Of a stretch of 64,000 bases of DNA, positions 32,352-42,385 are shown piece after piece (position 1 is the stretch's first letter; every line of letters starts with the position of its first letter). A program made the position numbers and the translations under genes. Where the stretch lies: assembly GCF_017468685.1 (NCBI RefSeq), contig NZ_JAFUHT010000034.1, forward strand, positions 7,221 through 71,220, read 5' to 3'. Source of the stretch: Methanobrevibacter sp. GTDB taxonomy: Archaea; Methanobacteriota; Methanobacteria; Methanobacteriales; Methanobacteriaceae. The notes under the pieces were generated by a model. That model was not told the origin of the DNA and ran no database searches. It saw nothing but the letters and a program-made list of their open reading frames with translations.

Positions 32352-32610
32352 TTCATATATGTATTTAAATTGGATTTTGATTTGATTACTTGCAGTATGA
32401 TAAAACGCTTTAAGGATTTGAGGAGATAAATCTTTTAGGCGCATATTTTGCAGTTAAAATTATAATTTATGGAATGTTTAAAAGCTCCTCATTTTAAACT
32501 TTCTTTTTTTAATTTTGATTTAAGTTTGAATCAAAGTGATTTAGAAATTAAATTACATATGCTAATTTTTTAAAATTTTATTAGATTTTTACAAGTTAAA
32601 ATCAATATTG

Positions 32611-32631
32611 ATTACTTTTCAAATGCTCTCT
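32611..32631 (+). promoter_or_regulatory. 21-bp repair-gene box upstream of mre11
   Basis: ATTACTTTTCAAATGCTCTCT, 9 nt before ATTAAATA. Confidence 0.75.
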
Positions 32632-32732
32632 TGCAAAACTATTAAATATAAATTAGTATAAATTATTACACATTAAATGCTTGTTAAAGTGTTTAAATTG
32701 GTTATAATACAAAAAATAAAAAAGGTAATATA

Positions 32733-33974
32733 ATGAAATTTGCACATTTAGCAGACACTCATTTAGGTTACCGTCAATATGGATTATTTGAACGGGAAAA
32801 AGACTTTTATGAAGTGTTTGATAAGGTTATAGATAAAATAATTGAAGAAAAAGTAGACTTTGTAGTACATAGTGGTGACTTATTTGAAACCGCAAGACCT
32901 TCACCTATGGCACTTTTGACTTTCCAGAAGGGGTTATTGAAACTTAAAGGTGCAGGAATTCCAATGTATGCAATTGCAGGAAACCATGATGTTGTAATGC
33001 GTAAGGGATCCATCCCGCCACATGTAATCTTTAAAAAAATGGGACTGAAAGTGATAAGTACAATCAATCCTACCTACATTCATGGGGACATATTTATCGC
33101 AGGTCTTCCATATTATCCTGCATCCCATGGAAAAGCATTAAAAAGCAAACTGGCAGAGCTTTCCGAAAAGGCAACCCACCATGAAAAGTCAATACTTGTC
33201 CTTCACCAGGGAATTGACCAATACTTCAATTTAAACTATGAACTGGAACTTGGTGAAATACCTGACAATTTTGATTACTATGCTTTAGGCCATATCCATA
33301 AGTATGTAAATGACACTTACGGTAAAGGCAGATTGGTGTATCCTGGTTCAGGTGAAATCTGGAAAACATCCGAACTTCCGGATTATAAAAAGAACGGTAA
33401 GGGATTTGTGGTTGTTGATTTCGATGGCACAAAACCAATTGTTAAAAGGGTAACTGTTGATATTCCCCGTGAATTCATAGAAAGGAATTTAAACTATAAT
33501 AATTTGGAAACAGATATTGCAGCAATTAAAGATACTATAAAAGGTTTCGATAAAAAACCGATATTGAAATTAACAATTAAGGATGTTGAATCAGATACCA
33601 GCAGAGTATATGAAATCATCAAAGAGGAATTGGGCGATTTGTCTTTAATGATCAGGCCTACTTTTATAATGGCTGGTGAGGAGATTGAACCAATTGATGT
33701 TGAATCTAAAAAATTAGGTCCAGAACAGCTCATAGAAAAATCTCTAGAAGGATATGGCAATAGTGAAGTCACTACACTTGCTATCGATTTATATCATCTG
33801 CTTTCAAAAGACAAGCTCGATGAATCACAGGAGATTATAAACCAATACTTTGATGCACATTACAGTAATGTAGTTGAAGATGTTGAATTTAAAACAGAGG
33901 AAGTTAAAAAACCACAACCTCCGGAGGAAAAAGAGGATGTACAAGTAACATTTAGCAAGGAGGTTTCAGAATGA
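32733..33974 (+). CDS. mre11: Mre11 nuclease
   Basis: ADTHLG, SGDLF, AGNHD, LGHIH phosphoesterase motifs. Confidence 0.95.
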   Translation: MKFAHLADTHLGYRQYGLFEREKDFYEVFDKVIDKIIEEKVDFVVHSGDLFETARPSPMALLTFQKGLLKLKGAGIPMYAIAGNHDVVMRKGSIPPHVIFKKMGLKVISTINPTYIHGDIFIAGLPYYPASHGKALKSKLAELSEKATHHEKSILVLHQGIDQYFNLNYELELGEIPDNFDYYALGHIHKYVNDTYGKGRLVYPGSGEIWKTSELPDYKKNGKGFVVVDFDGTKPIVKRVTVDIPREFIERNLNYNNLETDIAAIKDTIKGFDKKPILKLTIKDVESDTSRVYEIIKEELGDLSLMIRPTFIMAGEEIEPIDVESKKLGPEQLIEKSLEGYGNSEVTTLAIDLYHLLSKDKLDESQEIINQYFDAHYSNVVEDVEFKTEEVKKPQPPEEKEDVQVTFSKEVSE

Positions 33975-36717
33975 TTTTCACTAGGTTAAAGTTAAATAAT
34001 TTCAAATCACATGAACACACAGTCATATCATTTGATAAGGGAATAAGTGTTATTGTTGGTGAGAATGGTGCTGGAAAATCAACAATACTCGAAGCAATCA
34101 GCTTTGCTTTATTCAAACAGCATACTGGTAAAAAAATTGATGATTTAGTTAGAAACAATGCCAATTCAATGTCTGTGGAGTTGGAATTCACTTCCAACAA
34201 CAGGGATTATAAAATAATCCGTGTGAAAAAATCCAGTTTAAAATCATCTTTATTTAAAAGAACATCTTCAGAAGGAGGATATGTCCATGTTTGTACAGGT
34301 GACCGGGAAGTGGCTAATGAAATCCGTCAAATATTGGATATCGATTCTGACTTGTTCTTGAATGCAATTTATATTAGGCAAGGTGAAATCGCAGAATTGG
34401 TAGACAAAACTCCTTCCGAGAAAAAACAATTGATCGGTAAACTATTGGGAATCGATTCATTAGAGAAAGCCTGGAAGAGTTTACTTCCTTTCATCACAGA
34501 TTATGAATCTCAACGATCAGAACTTAGAGGCAAACTGTTTAACTCTGCTGAATTGATGGAAAGTTATAAGCACAAAAAGGCCGAATTGGAAGAGTTAAAG
34601 CAAAGAGGTCATGAATTGGAGGAACAGATTACTGAAGTCGATTCACTAATTAAAGAAATTTCTGAAAGTAAACGTAACATGGAACGGGAAAAAGAAATCT
34701 ATGAAACTCAACTTAACAATTTAGAAATGGAGAAAAAAACATTTGCTAAATTGGAAGAAGACAAACACAGAGTTCAGGAAGGTTTGGATCAAATCCGTGA
34801 AGCTGAAGAAAAAATTGAAAGGCTTGAAAAATACGTTTCCAAATTGGATGTTTATCTTGACTTTGAAAAATCTGTCAACAGCATTCAAAGATTAAAACAG
34901 GAAGAACAGGATATATTTGACAAATTAGATTCCATTTCTGAGCAAAAAGAATTACTTTTAAATAAAAAAGAGGGTTATAATAAATATTTATCTTCAGATG
35001 AAGAAATTAACAAATTAAACGATAAAAAGAATAATTTTGAAAAAGAATTGGCAACAATGGCTAAACTTGAAAAGGATAAAAAAGATTTGTTAAAAAACAT
35101 TGAAGATGAAAGGAATGATATTGAAAGTTTCTTCTCCAAATCTAAAGATAAATTGGATGATTATGGTCTTGACCAGGAAAAATTGGGTAAAATCGATGAT
35201 TTCAATCATCTTGAAAAATCAACTGAGGAGTTTAGAGATGAAACTTCCACAAAGATTGATGATTTAACAAAAGAAATCGTTGCCAAAAACGAAGACATTG
35301 TTGTTTATAAACAGAATATCAAGGCATGTGAAAAACCTTTAGTTGACCTGGAAGGCATTGACAATAAGTGTCCTGTTTGCCAGTCAGACATCAGCTCCTA
35401 TAAGAAAAAGGAATTAACCAAGCATTACAATAGTGAAATTAAGGAAAATCAAAAATTAATTTCAGAAAATGAAGAAAATGTCCGTTTGCTTACTAAAAAC
35501 AAGAATAGCTTTGAGGAAAAATTGGATAAACTCACAGAGTTGTCTAAAGATATCATTGAATATAAACACAAATTCGAACATTTGCAAAACGAGTTAATCC
35601 AGTTAAATAAGATGGATGAGGAATTGGAAGCAAAAGAATATATCAGCAATAAACTTGGTGAGTTGATATTGGTCATTGCCAATAAAAAAGAAGAACGTGA
35701 ATCATTTAAACAGGACCATGATTCATATATTCAATCTAAAGGTGCTTTGGATGTTTTAGGTAGTGAAACTGAAGCCCAATATAAACTAAAACAGGTTCAA
35801 AATGAAATTGACAATCATGTTGCCAATATCAAATTGGCCATTGAACAGGATCCTCATTTAAGCGGTGATATCAGCACTGCTGAGCTTAAAAATCGTATGG
35901 ATGATTTGAAACAGAAAAATGAGGAGTTCAACCAACTTAAGGGATTCATTCAAAATAAAAATTCATTGCTGACTCAATTGGATTCAATTAAAGAGGATAT
36001 TGGTGTTTCAATTAATCAAAAAGACATTATTGAAAATAAATTAAATGCTTCTTTATATGATGCAGATAAATATGAGCAAATTTTATACAATTTTGAACGT
36101 TATGAGAGAAGAAAAACCAATTTCAATGAGGAACTTTTCACTATTAAAGGACAGGCAAAAGAATCAATTGCTGCACTTCAGGATGTGACTGAAAAAATCA
36201 AAACCGCCAATAAGTTCAAACAGGAATATGATAATGTAGATGATTATATCAGTCTTTTAAAACATATTCGTGAAATTTATAGTCGTGGAGGAATTCAAAA
36301 AGAATTAAGAAAGATTTCACGTCCTACAATTCAAAAACACACAAAAGAGTTCTTTAAAGAGTTTAATTTCAACTACTCTGATTTAACTATTGATGATGAT
36401 TATGAAGTGACTGTTTATGGTCCTGAGGAGAATCATCAATCAGTATGGTTAGTGGTGGTGAAAAAATAGCTATTGCTCTTGCTTTAAGATTGGGTATTAC
36501 TCAGGCTTTAGCCAATGGTGAATTGGATACTATCTTATTAGATGAGCCTACAATTCATTTGGATGCTTCAAGAAAACATGAACTGATCAATCTGTTAAAG
36601 GAAATGTCTTCATTGCCTCAAATGATTATTGTAACTCATGAAGCGCAACTGGAAAATGCTGCAGATAATCTGATTAAGGTAGAAAAAGAAAATGGTATTT
36701 CAAAAGTAATAATGTAA
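33971..36717 (+). CDS. rad50: Rad50 ATPase, split by an apparent single-base deletion near 36427-36428
   Basis: GENGAGKS, YIRQGEI Q-loop, CPVC zinc hook, coiled coils; SGGE, LLDEPT and VTH motifs lie in the downstream frame. Confidence 0.93.
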
Positions 36718-36740
36718 TCACATTATTACATTATTTTTTT

Positions 36741-37136
36741 TTACATTGTTTCCGGTGCATCTTTAATTGAGTCGATTATGCAATTAGCATTCCACCCTAC
36801 AATGGTTGCCGCATTTTCTTCAAGGACTTCTGGTACTTCTTCAACACCAATAGGTCTTACAAGTACAATCGGAATGTCATATTTTTTACTTGCATTTAAC
36901 AAATCATCAAACAGCTCCTTATTGTCGCTGTAAAGACCGGCTAACATTATTATCCTGTCAACTTTTTGGTAAAACTCTTCACCTGCACTAGCATAAGCTC
37001 CAGACATGGATTCTTTCCATAGAAAATCAGTTTTAGAATATAATTTTTCGGTAAACTGGCCGTATTCCTTATTTTTATCAAAACCGTTAGTGATTATTAA
37101 ATTATAAATTTTGTCATCTCTTTCGTCTTCAAACAT
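36741..37136 (-). CDS. MTH538-like TIR/flavodoxin-fold protein
   Basis: IMLAGLY, PIVLVRPIG.EEVP..L, IVGWNANCI pattern matches MTH538/DUF1863. Confidence 0.75.
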   Translation of the reverse strand: MFEDERDDKIYNLIITNGFDKNKEYGQFTEKLYSKTDFLWKESMSGAYASAGEEFYQKVDRIIMLAGLYSDNKELFDDLLNASKKYDIPIVLVRPIGVEEVPEVLEENAATIVGWNANCIIDSIKDAPETM

Positions 37137-37234
37137 TTAACCACCTTTGCTTTAAATATAACTCTCCTATTATAAAAATATTTATTAATTTAAAAATTTA
37201 AGATTATAATAGAATTATTTAGGAATTATTTTTT

Positions 37235-38518
37235 ATGAAAGCGGCTGTAATTGGATTAGGGGTAGAAGGTAAAAAGGCGGTAAACTCTCTTTTAAATCAT
37301 GGTTGGGAAGTTTATGCTACTGATTTGAATATTAATGTTGATTTATCCGGTTTGAATTTGCCAATATTGGATATGAATATGATTGAGGAAAAACAAACAG
37401 TTTCAATAGTTGGGGAAAAGATAACTGTTGATTTGGGATTTACCAATTCATATGCTATTGAAAGTTGTGATGCAATAGCTTTTAGCCCTAGTATGTATGG
37501 CGGGTCATTTGCTAATCGTTTATTGGAAGATGGGGATTTGTTAAGTGATGTTTTAGTAAAGCATAAGGATCTTTTCACTATTGGAATTACAGGAACTAAC
37601 GGTAAAACAACCACTGTTCACATGCTGAAAAGTATTTTAGAAAATGCCGGCAAAAAAGTTTTGGTTGGTGGAAACGGTGGTGGAGGATTTTCAGGTTATT
37701 ATGATTTGATTCTTGAAGCTGAAGAGGGAGATTATGATATCCTGCTTGTTGAAGTCTGTGACATGACACTGGATTTTGCCAATTACTGTTTTGATTTTGA
37801 TATGGTCGGTTTGACAAATATTGGCAATGACCATATGGATGTTCACAAGACCATTGCAAATTATAAAAACTCTCTTGTTAGATTTTTTGCTGATAAAACA
37901 ATATTCACTACATTTAATCAGGATTTTAACTCTGATTTTAAGGAATCTGCCAGTCAAAGCATTTCTTATTTTGCCTATCAGGATAAGCTTCAATTGGTTG
38001 GTGAGTTCAATTTGCTTAATGCAGGACTTGCAACTGCCATTGCCCGTGAGCTTAAAATCCCAAAAGATGTAATCAGATCCACACTTGAGAATTTTAAGGC
38101 CGTTCAAGGCAGATTAGATGTTTATAAAATCAATGATGCTGATGTGTATGTTGGAAAAACGGATAATTCTGATGCATTAGCTTCAGTTTTAGCTGAAAAA
38201 GACTTTTATGCGTTATTCATAGGTACTCCAAGACTTAATGAAATACACAGGCTGGATATTCTTGATGTTGCAGTTAAATATAATCCTGAAGTAATTGTTC
38301 TCTTCCCTGGTCTTGATGACACTTTAGATTTGGCAATTTACAGACTTAATTCATTAGGTTATATGGGCAATATCATAACCGTTAACACTCTTGACCAAAT
38401 TATTGAATTGGTTGCCGAGTATTCTCATGAAGAGGCTATTTTAATCGGTGGAAATGGTCAGGATGTTATTATAGATATTCAGGATAGAATTAAGGAAATA
38501 TCTGAAAAACTATTGTAA
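37235..38518 (+). CDS. Mur ligase family protein (MurD-like, likely pseudomurein biosynthesis)
   Basis: GLGVEG, GITGTNGKTT, GGN, TNIGNDHMD, N...A, GRL. Confidence 0.85.
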   Translation: MKAAVIGLGVEGKKAVNSLLNHGWEVYATDLNINVDLSGLNLPILDMNMIEEKQTVSIVGEKITVDLGFTNSYAIESCDAIAFSPSMYGGSFANRLLEDGDLLSDVLVKHKDLFTIGITGTNGKTTTVHMLKSILENAGKKVLVGGNGGGGFSGYYDLILEAEEGDYDILLVEVCDMTLDFANYCFDFDMVGLTNIGNDHMDVHKTIANYKNSLVRFFADKTIFTTFNQDFNSDFKESASQSISYFAYQDKLQLVGEFNLLNAGLATAIARELKIPKDVIRSTLENFKAVQGRLDVYKINDADVYVGKTDNSDALASVLAEKDFYALFIGTPRLNEIHRLDILDVAVKYNPEVIVLFPGLDDTLDLAIYRLNSLGYMGNIITVNTLDQIIELVAEYSHEEAILIGGNGQDVIIDIQDRIKEISEKLL

Positions 38519-38581
38519 ATCAATAAGCTTTTTATAATAGATTTGATATAATTAGATATGTATATTTTTTAGGTGTATTAA

Positions 38582-39769
38582 ATGAGTAACGGTTGGAGAA
38601 AAATTTCTATTGCAATATTAGTAGCATTAATTGTTTTATGCGCATTCCTTGCAGTTTTTACTTCTGCAAGTAATAATTATACTGCAGAATCCGTAGTCAA
38701 TCAATACAATCTTCCTATTGGCCAATCAATGTTTGAAAATCAATCTATTGTAGGTACAACAGATCCTGTAGAAGTTCCTTTAATAAGCAATTTCGGATTT
38801 TTAACACATCAACTTCAGGCATTTGATTTACAGGGCATGTTGATGGCATTTACAACAGGAGTTGTTCCATTCGACTTTTCTACTGTTGCAGGTGAAGGTA
38901 TTGATTCATATGGAAATGTAGTTGATGTTGAAGGTCCTGGATTTTTAACCTATGCTGGAGATAAACTGGTTGTAAAAGAGCCTGATAATTATGTATGGGC
39001 ATATAGTGCTCCATATAAATGGCTTGAAAAAACAGAATCTGGTGTAGATGTTTATGAAGATGGTAAAAAGATTAGATCTGTTCCTGTTGATGAAATTAGG
39101 GATTTGGAATATAGTAATGATTATTATAATGCTTCCACTATAGCCAGTTGGTATAATTATGATGCTGCAGTAGGTTCAACATTTACCTTGGAAAAAGGAA
39201 TGGTTGGCTTTTCTGATGGTAGAAATAATATCTCATCAAGTGATGTGCCTAAAATATTTGGTCAAGAAATGGTAGATTATGCATCTGAATATCCGACAGG
39301 TTCTCCAATTTTATTATATTCCGGAAATTACACTGAAGAATCAGGTGAAACTTATGGTACATCTTTAGGTTCACACCCTGAATATGGTGACTCAATTAGG
39401 GAAGTCAATGCAAGACAGTTTGTTGATGCATGGAATGGAACTGTTATCCCGCCTAATTCCACATCCAGTGGTAAGGATTATGTATACTTTGAGTCTGCAA
39501 GTGATGCTTCAGCTCCTGGTGGAAGTGCTGCACACGGAGTATGTCCATCTGCAAGGGCTTTAAGAGCAGCAGTAACTTCTGAAGGATTTGATTTGCCTGT
39601 GGGTATGACCTGGGATGAAGATGCAGTTTTATTCGGTTTCAATCCTGCTCAGGATATCACTGTATATAATAATCATGATTATCCTGTAAAAATTAAAATG
39701 TGGACTGAAGGCTCAGGTACTGGAATGGGTATTTATGCCAAAGTCGTAAGATATATTCCTAATGACTGA
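38582..39769 (+). CDS. Membrane-anchored exported protein with possible VanW-like C-terminus
   Basis: N-terminal TM; GVCPSARAL...DITVYNNHDYPVKI resembles the VanW G.CQ...DL.F.N....I.I pattern. Confidence 0.6.
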   Translation: MSNGWRKISIAILVALIVLCAFLAVFTSASNNYTAESVVNQYNLPIGQSMFENQSIVGTTDPVEVPLISNFGFLTHQLQAFDLQGMLMAFTTGVVPFDFSTVAGEGIDSYGNVVDVEGPGFLTYAGDKLVVKEPDNYVWAYSAPYKWLEKTESGVDVYEDGKKIRSVPVDEIRDLEYSNDYYNASTIASWYNYDAAVGSTFTLEKGMVGFSDGRNNISSSDVPKIFGQEMVDYASEYPTGSPILLYSGNYTEESGETYGTSLGSHPEYGDSIREVNARQFVDAWNGTVIPPNSTSSGKDYVYFESASDASAPGGSAAHGVCPSARALRAAVTSEGFDLPVGMTWDEDAVLFGFNPAQDITVYNNHDYPVKIKMWTEGSGTGMGIYAKVVRYIPND

Positions 39770-39792
39770 ATATATCTTTAAATTCTTTTTTT

Positions 39793-40446
39793 ATGTCTAT
39801 TTCTACAATCATTACTGCTGCTGGTAAGAATTCTCGTATGAGAAATGATCAGATTTCACGCGGTATCGAGTTGACAAATAAACTTATTTTACCTTTTAAC
39901 AATAAGACCGTTATAGAGACCACAATTGATAATGCATTATCCTTGAATATTGATGAATGTATTGTAGTACTTGGACATTATGCCAGTGAAATAAAGGAAG
40001 CTATTTTTGATAATTATAAAGATGAAGTAAAGTTTGTAGAAAACAATCCTGTTGATGTAGGTTTATCAACATCACTTTACAATGGTCTTTCAAATATTTC
40101 TTCTGATTTTGCTTTGTGCATTACCGCCGACCAGCCGACAGTCTCAGCCGAAACATTTAAGAAAATGATTGAAGTAAGCCAATCCTCAAAAAATCCATAC
40201 AAAACAATATCAATTTTGAGAAGAAGAAAAACCGGACTGTTGGATACTGCTGAAGGGTTGGGAATGCCTTTTGTAGCTCCAAGAAAAAACCTGATGAAAT
40301 ATCTTGAAAATGAAAATGATAATTTGAATCCAATACTTAGAAAGATATTTGATGATGGATATATATTTTATGGAATAAAAGAAAAAAATGAAAAAGAGTT
40401 ATTAAATATTAATCATTATGATGATTATCTAACTCTTTTAGATTGA
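39793..40446 (+). CDS. MobA/MocA-like nucleotidyltransferase
   Basis: ITAAGKNSRM, K.IL.F, ADQP, GMP, NINHYDDY. Confidence 0.8.
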   Translation: MSISTIITAAGKNSRMRNDQISRGIELTNKLILPFNNKTVIETTIDNALSLNIDECIVVLGHYASEIKEAIFDNYKDEVKFVENNPVDVGLSTSLYNGLSNISSDFALCITADQPTVSAETFKKMIEVSQSSKNPYKTISILRRRKTGLLDTAEGLGMPFVAPRKNLMKYLENENDNLNPILRKIFDDGYIFYGIKEKNEKELLNINHYDDYLTLLD

Positions 40447-41124
40447 TTCAAGTCCTTCAATAACTTCTTCGATTTTTGCCTTGCTGATGCCTATTGCCAT
40501 CTCTTCATCCTTGATGTCAGCCGCTTTTCTGGAACCGTCACAACCTAATGTGAAATTAATTCCATCTTCAAGATAAGGTTTTGAAAATGCATCGCCACAT
40601 AATGATTGAATACCTGCAAATAATCCGCAGGCTTTTTCACCGGATTTATAGACTAGGCTTTGTGCAAGTTTCATTCCGCCGACAGGTTTTGTAATAATTT
40701 GAATAACATCAGCTTCAAAATCAGCTTCATCTAAAGGAGCATAAATTATTGCCCATGATCTCTCTTCAATAATTGATAAATCTGCTGTTAATTTTTTTGC
40801 AGTTTCAATATCTTTAAATCTACCTAATGAGAAGTATTTTTCACCATTTGCTAGTTTTTCAGGCATATCTCTAAGTCCAATAGCTCCAGCTCCCCCTAAA
40901 CACATTTGCTGGTCAATTGTTGAGTAGAAAGTGTCTCCTAATGAAGCTTTTCTAACCATTTCACAATGCCTGATTTTTTCACCGATTAGCTCAATGCCTT
41001 CTGGAAGGTCATCTTCAGTTTTAACTAATTTCATTGCAACCGGTTTAGCATCAAGAGTGATTTTACTTTCGATTACTTCACAATATTTTTTGTTTTTCTC
41101 TAAATTATTAGTCAATACAATCAC
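40438..41124 (-). CDS. DUF169 family protein
   Basis: PVAMKL, RHCEMV, CLGG..AIG, CGD, LGCDGSR. Confidence 0.8.
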   Translation of the reverse strand: MIVLTNNLEKNKKYCEVIESKITLDAKPVAMKLVKTEDDLPEGIELIGEKIRHCEMVRKASLGDTFYSTIDQQMCLGGAGAIGLRDMPEKLANGEKYFSLGRFKDIETAKKLTADLSIIEERSWAIIYAPLDEADFEADVIQIITKPVGGMKLAQSLVYKSGEKACGLFAGIQSLCGDAFSKPYLEDGINFTLGCDGSRKAADIKDEEMAIGISKAKIEEVIEGLESI

Positions 41125-41142
41125 CTTTGATAATATGTTTAG

Positions 41143-42375
41143 TTAAGGAATTTTAATATCTTTTGTTTTAACACTGTTATTTTTACAGAATGTTTTAAAA
41201 TCACATGCATTACAGGTTCTTTCATCCGAATCTGCTTTCCAGGCCTCCTGAATTTTACAGCCCTTAATCTCTTTAATTAAGGAACTTTCAATATCAAAAA
41301 CAACATCATCAAATCTGTTAAGTGAATCATCGATTTGTTTATCGTCAATATTGATTATACGAATTGACCTTGCAATTTTAAACTCTTCACTTAACTCCGG
41401 TGCCTTATCATCTTCGTTCCAGTTCATAATCAACTCAACATCATTTGCATATTTACTGTAGTCAATAGCACTATCAGTTCTGTCCTGTGCAATCTCTTCC
41501 TGTATTAAAACCAAATCCTCTTTTGAAGGAACAAGCTCATTTAGATAAAATATTATTCCTGCAAATATAGGTTTTGCATCTTCCTGGCGGCTTCTAAGCC
41601 ATGAATATGTTAGGATTTGCTGTTTATGATTTTCCCATGGATTGGTAAATTTATTGATACTCTGTTCAGGAGGTCTTTTCATTCCTTTATAATCAATGAT
41701 GATTTCGTATTCATCCCCTTCGCTGAAATTTGTGATTTTTTTTCTGAATTCGGGATCTTTTTTGAGAAATTCTATAATCTTGTTATTGTAATTATCCAAA
41801 TTGCTTTGAGTAAGATTTTTATTAATTTTCATTGAGCTTAAAACGTCAACAACACCGTTAATGCCGTAATAGTTGGATCTGCTGACATTTTCATCATAAT
41901 TTGGCATTTTTCTAATTCCCTTAATCAGAAGTTCTGTTGAATCAATCAGAGGAAACAAATGAGGTCCCCAAACATTGATGGCTTTTTCTGCTCTTGCACT
42001 GGCTAATTTCTTATGGTCGTGTTCATTCAAATCCTCAATGGTCAAATCGCTATTCATCAGACTGTAAAACAAATCCTCATCATAAGGGTAAAGCCCGTCC
42101 ACCTGCAATCTAACGTCAATCATGTCCTCAATCGGGCGAATATCCTCTTTCCAGTTCCAAGGAAACTCCTTATTGTTTGTGTCCCATTCAAGATAAGCCT
42201 CTTCCAAAACGCCATGAATGAATTCTCCAAACCATCTTTGAACAGGTTTTGAAGGAGGAAGGGTTCCTTTGTTTTGATAGCGATATTGCAGATTGCATGT
42301 GAGAAATGACAGCAAATCTCCAGTTAGACTGTATTCTGGAATTATATATGATTTTGATCTTGAAGGTAATTTCAT
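41143..42375 (-). CDS. PD-(D/E)XK RecB-family nuclease with Fe-S staple (AddB/Cas4-like)
   Basis: N-terminal Cys (FLTCNLQY), FG...H, GVVD, IDYKG, QILTY, C-terminal CNACDFKTFC. Confidence 0.85.
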   Translation of the reverse strand: MKLPSRSKSYIIPEYSLTGDLLSFLTCNLQYRYQNKGTLPPSKPVQRWFGEFIHGVLEEAYLEWDTNNKEFPWNWKEDIRPIEDMIDVRLQVDGLYPYDEDLFYSLMNSDLTIEDLNEHDHKKLASARAEKAINVWGPHLFPLIDSTELLIKGIRKMPNYDENVSRSNYYGINGVVDVLSSMKINKNLTQSNLDNYNNKIIEFLKKDPEFRKKITNFSEGDEYEIIIDYKGMKRPPEQSINKFTNPWENHKQQILTYSWLRSRQEDAKPIFAGIIFYLNELVPSKEDLVLIQEEIAQDRTDSAIDYSKYANDVELIMNWNEDDKAPELSEEFKIARSIRIINIDDKQIDDSLNRFDDVVFDIESSLIKEIKGCKIQEAWKADSDERTCNACDFKTFCKNNSVKTKDIKIP

Positions 42376-42385
42376 AATTAATCTC

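Noticed and set aside
36741-37136. Thoeris system
   Set aside because: No ThsA effector nearby, and the catalytic Glu appears to be absent.
41143-42375. Cas4 / CRISPR adaptation module
   Set aside because: No cas1, cas2 or repeat-spacer array in the window; the gene is coupled to a UvrD helicase.
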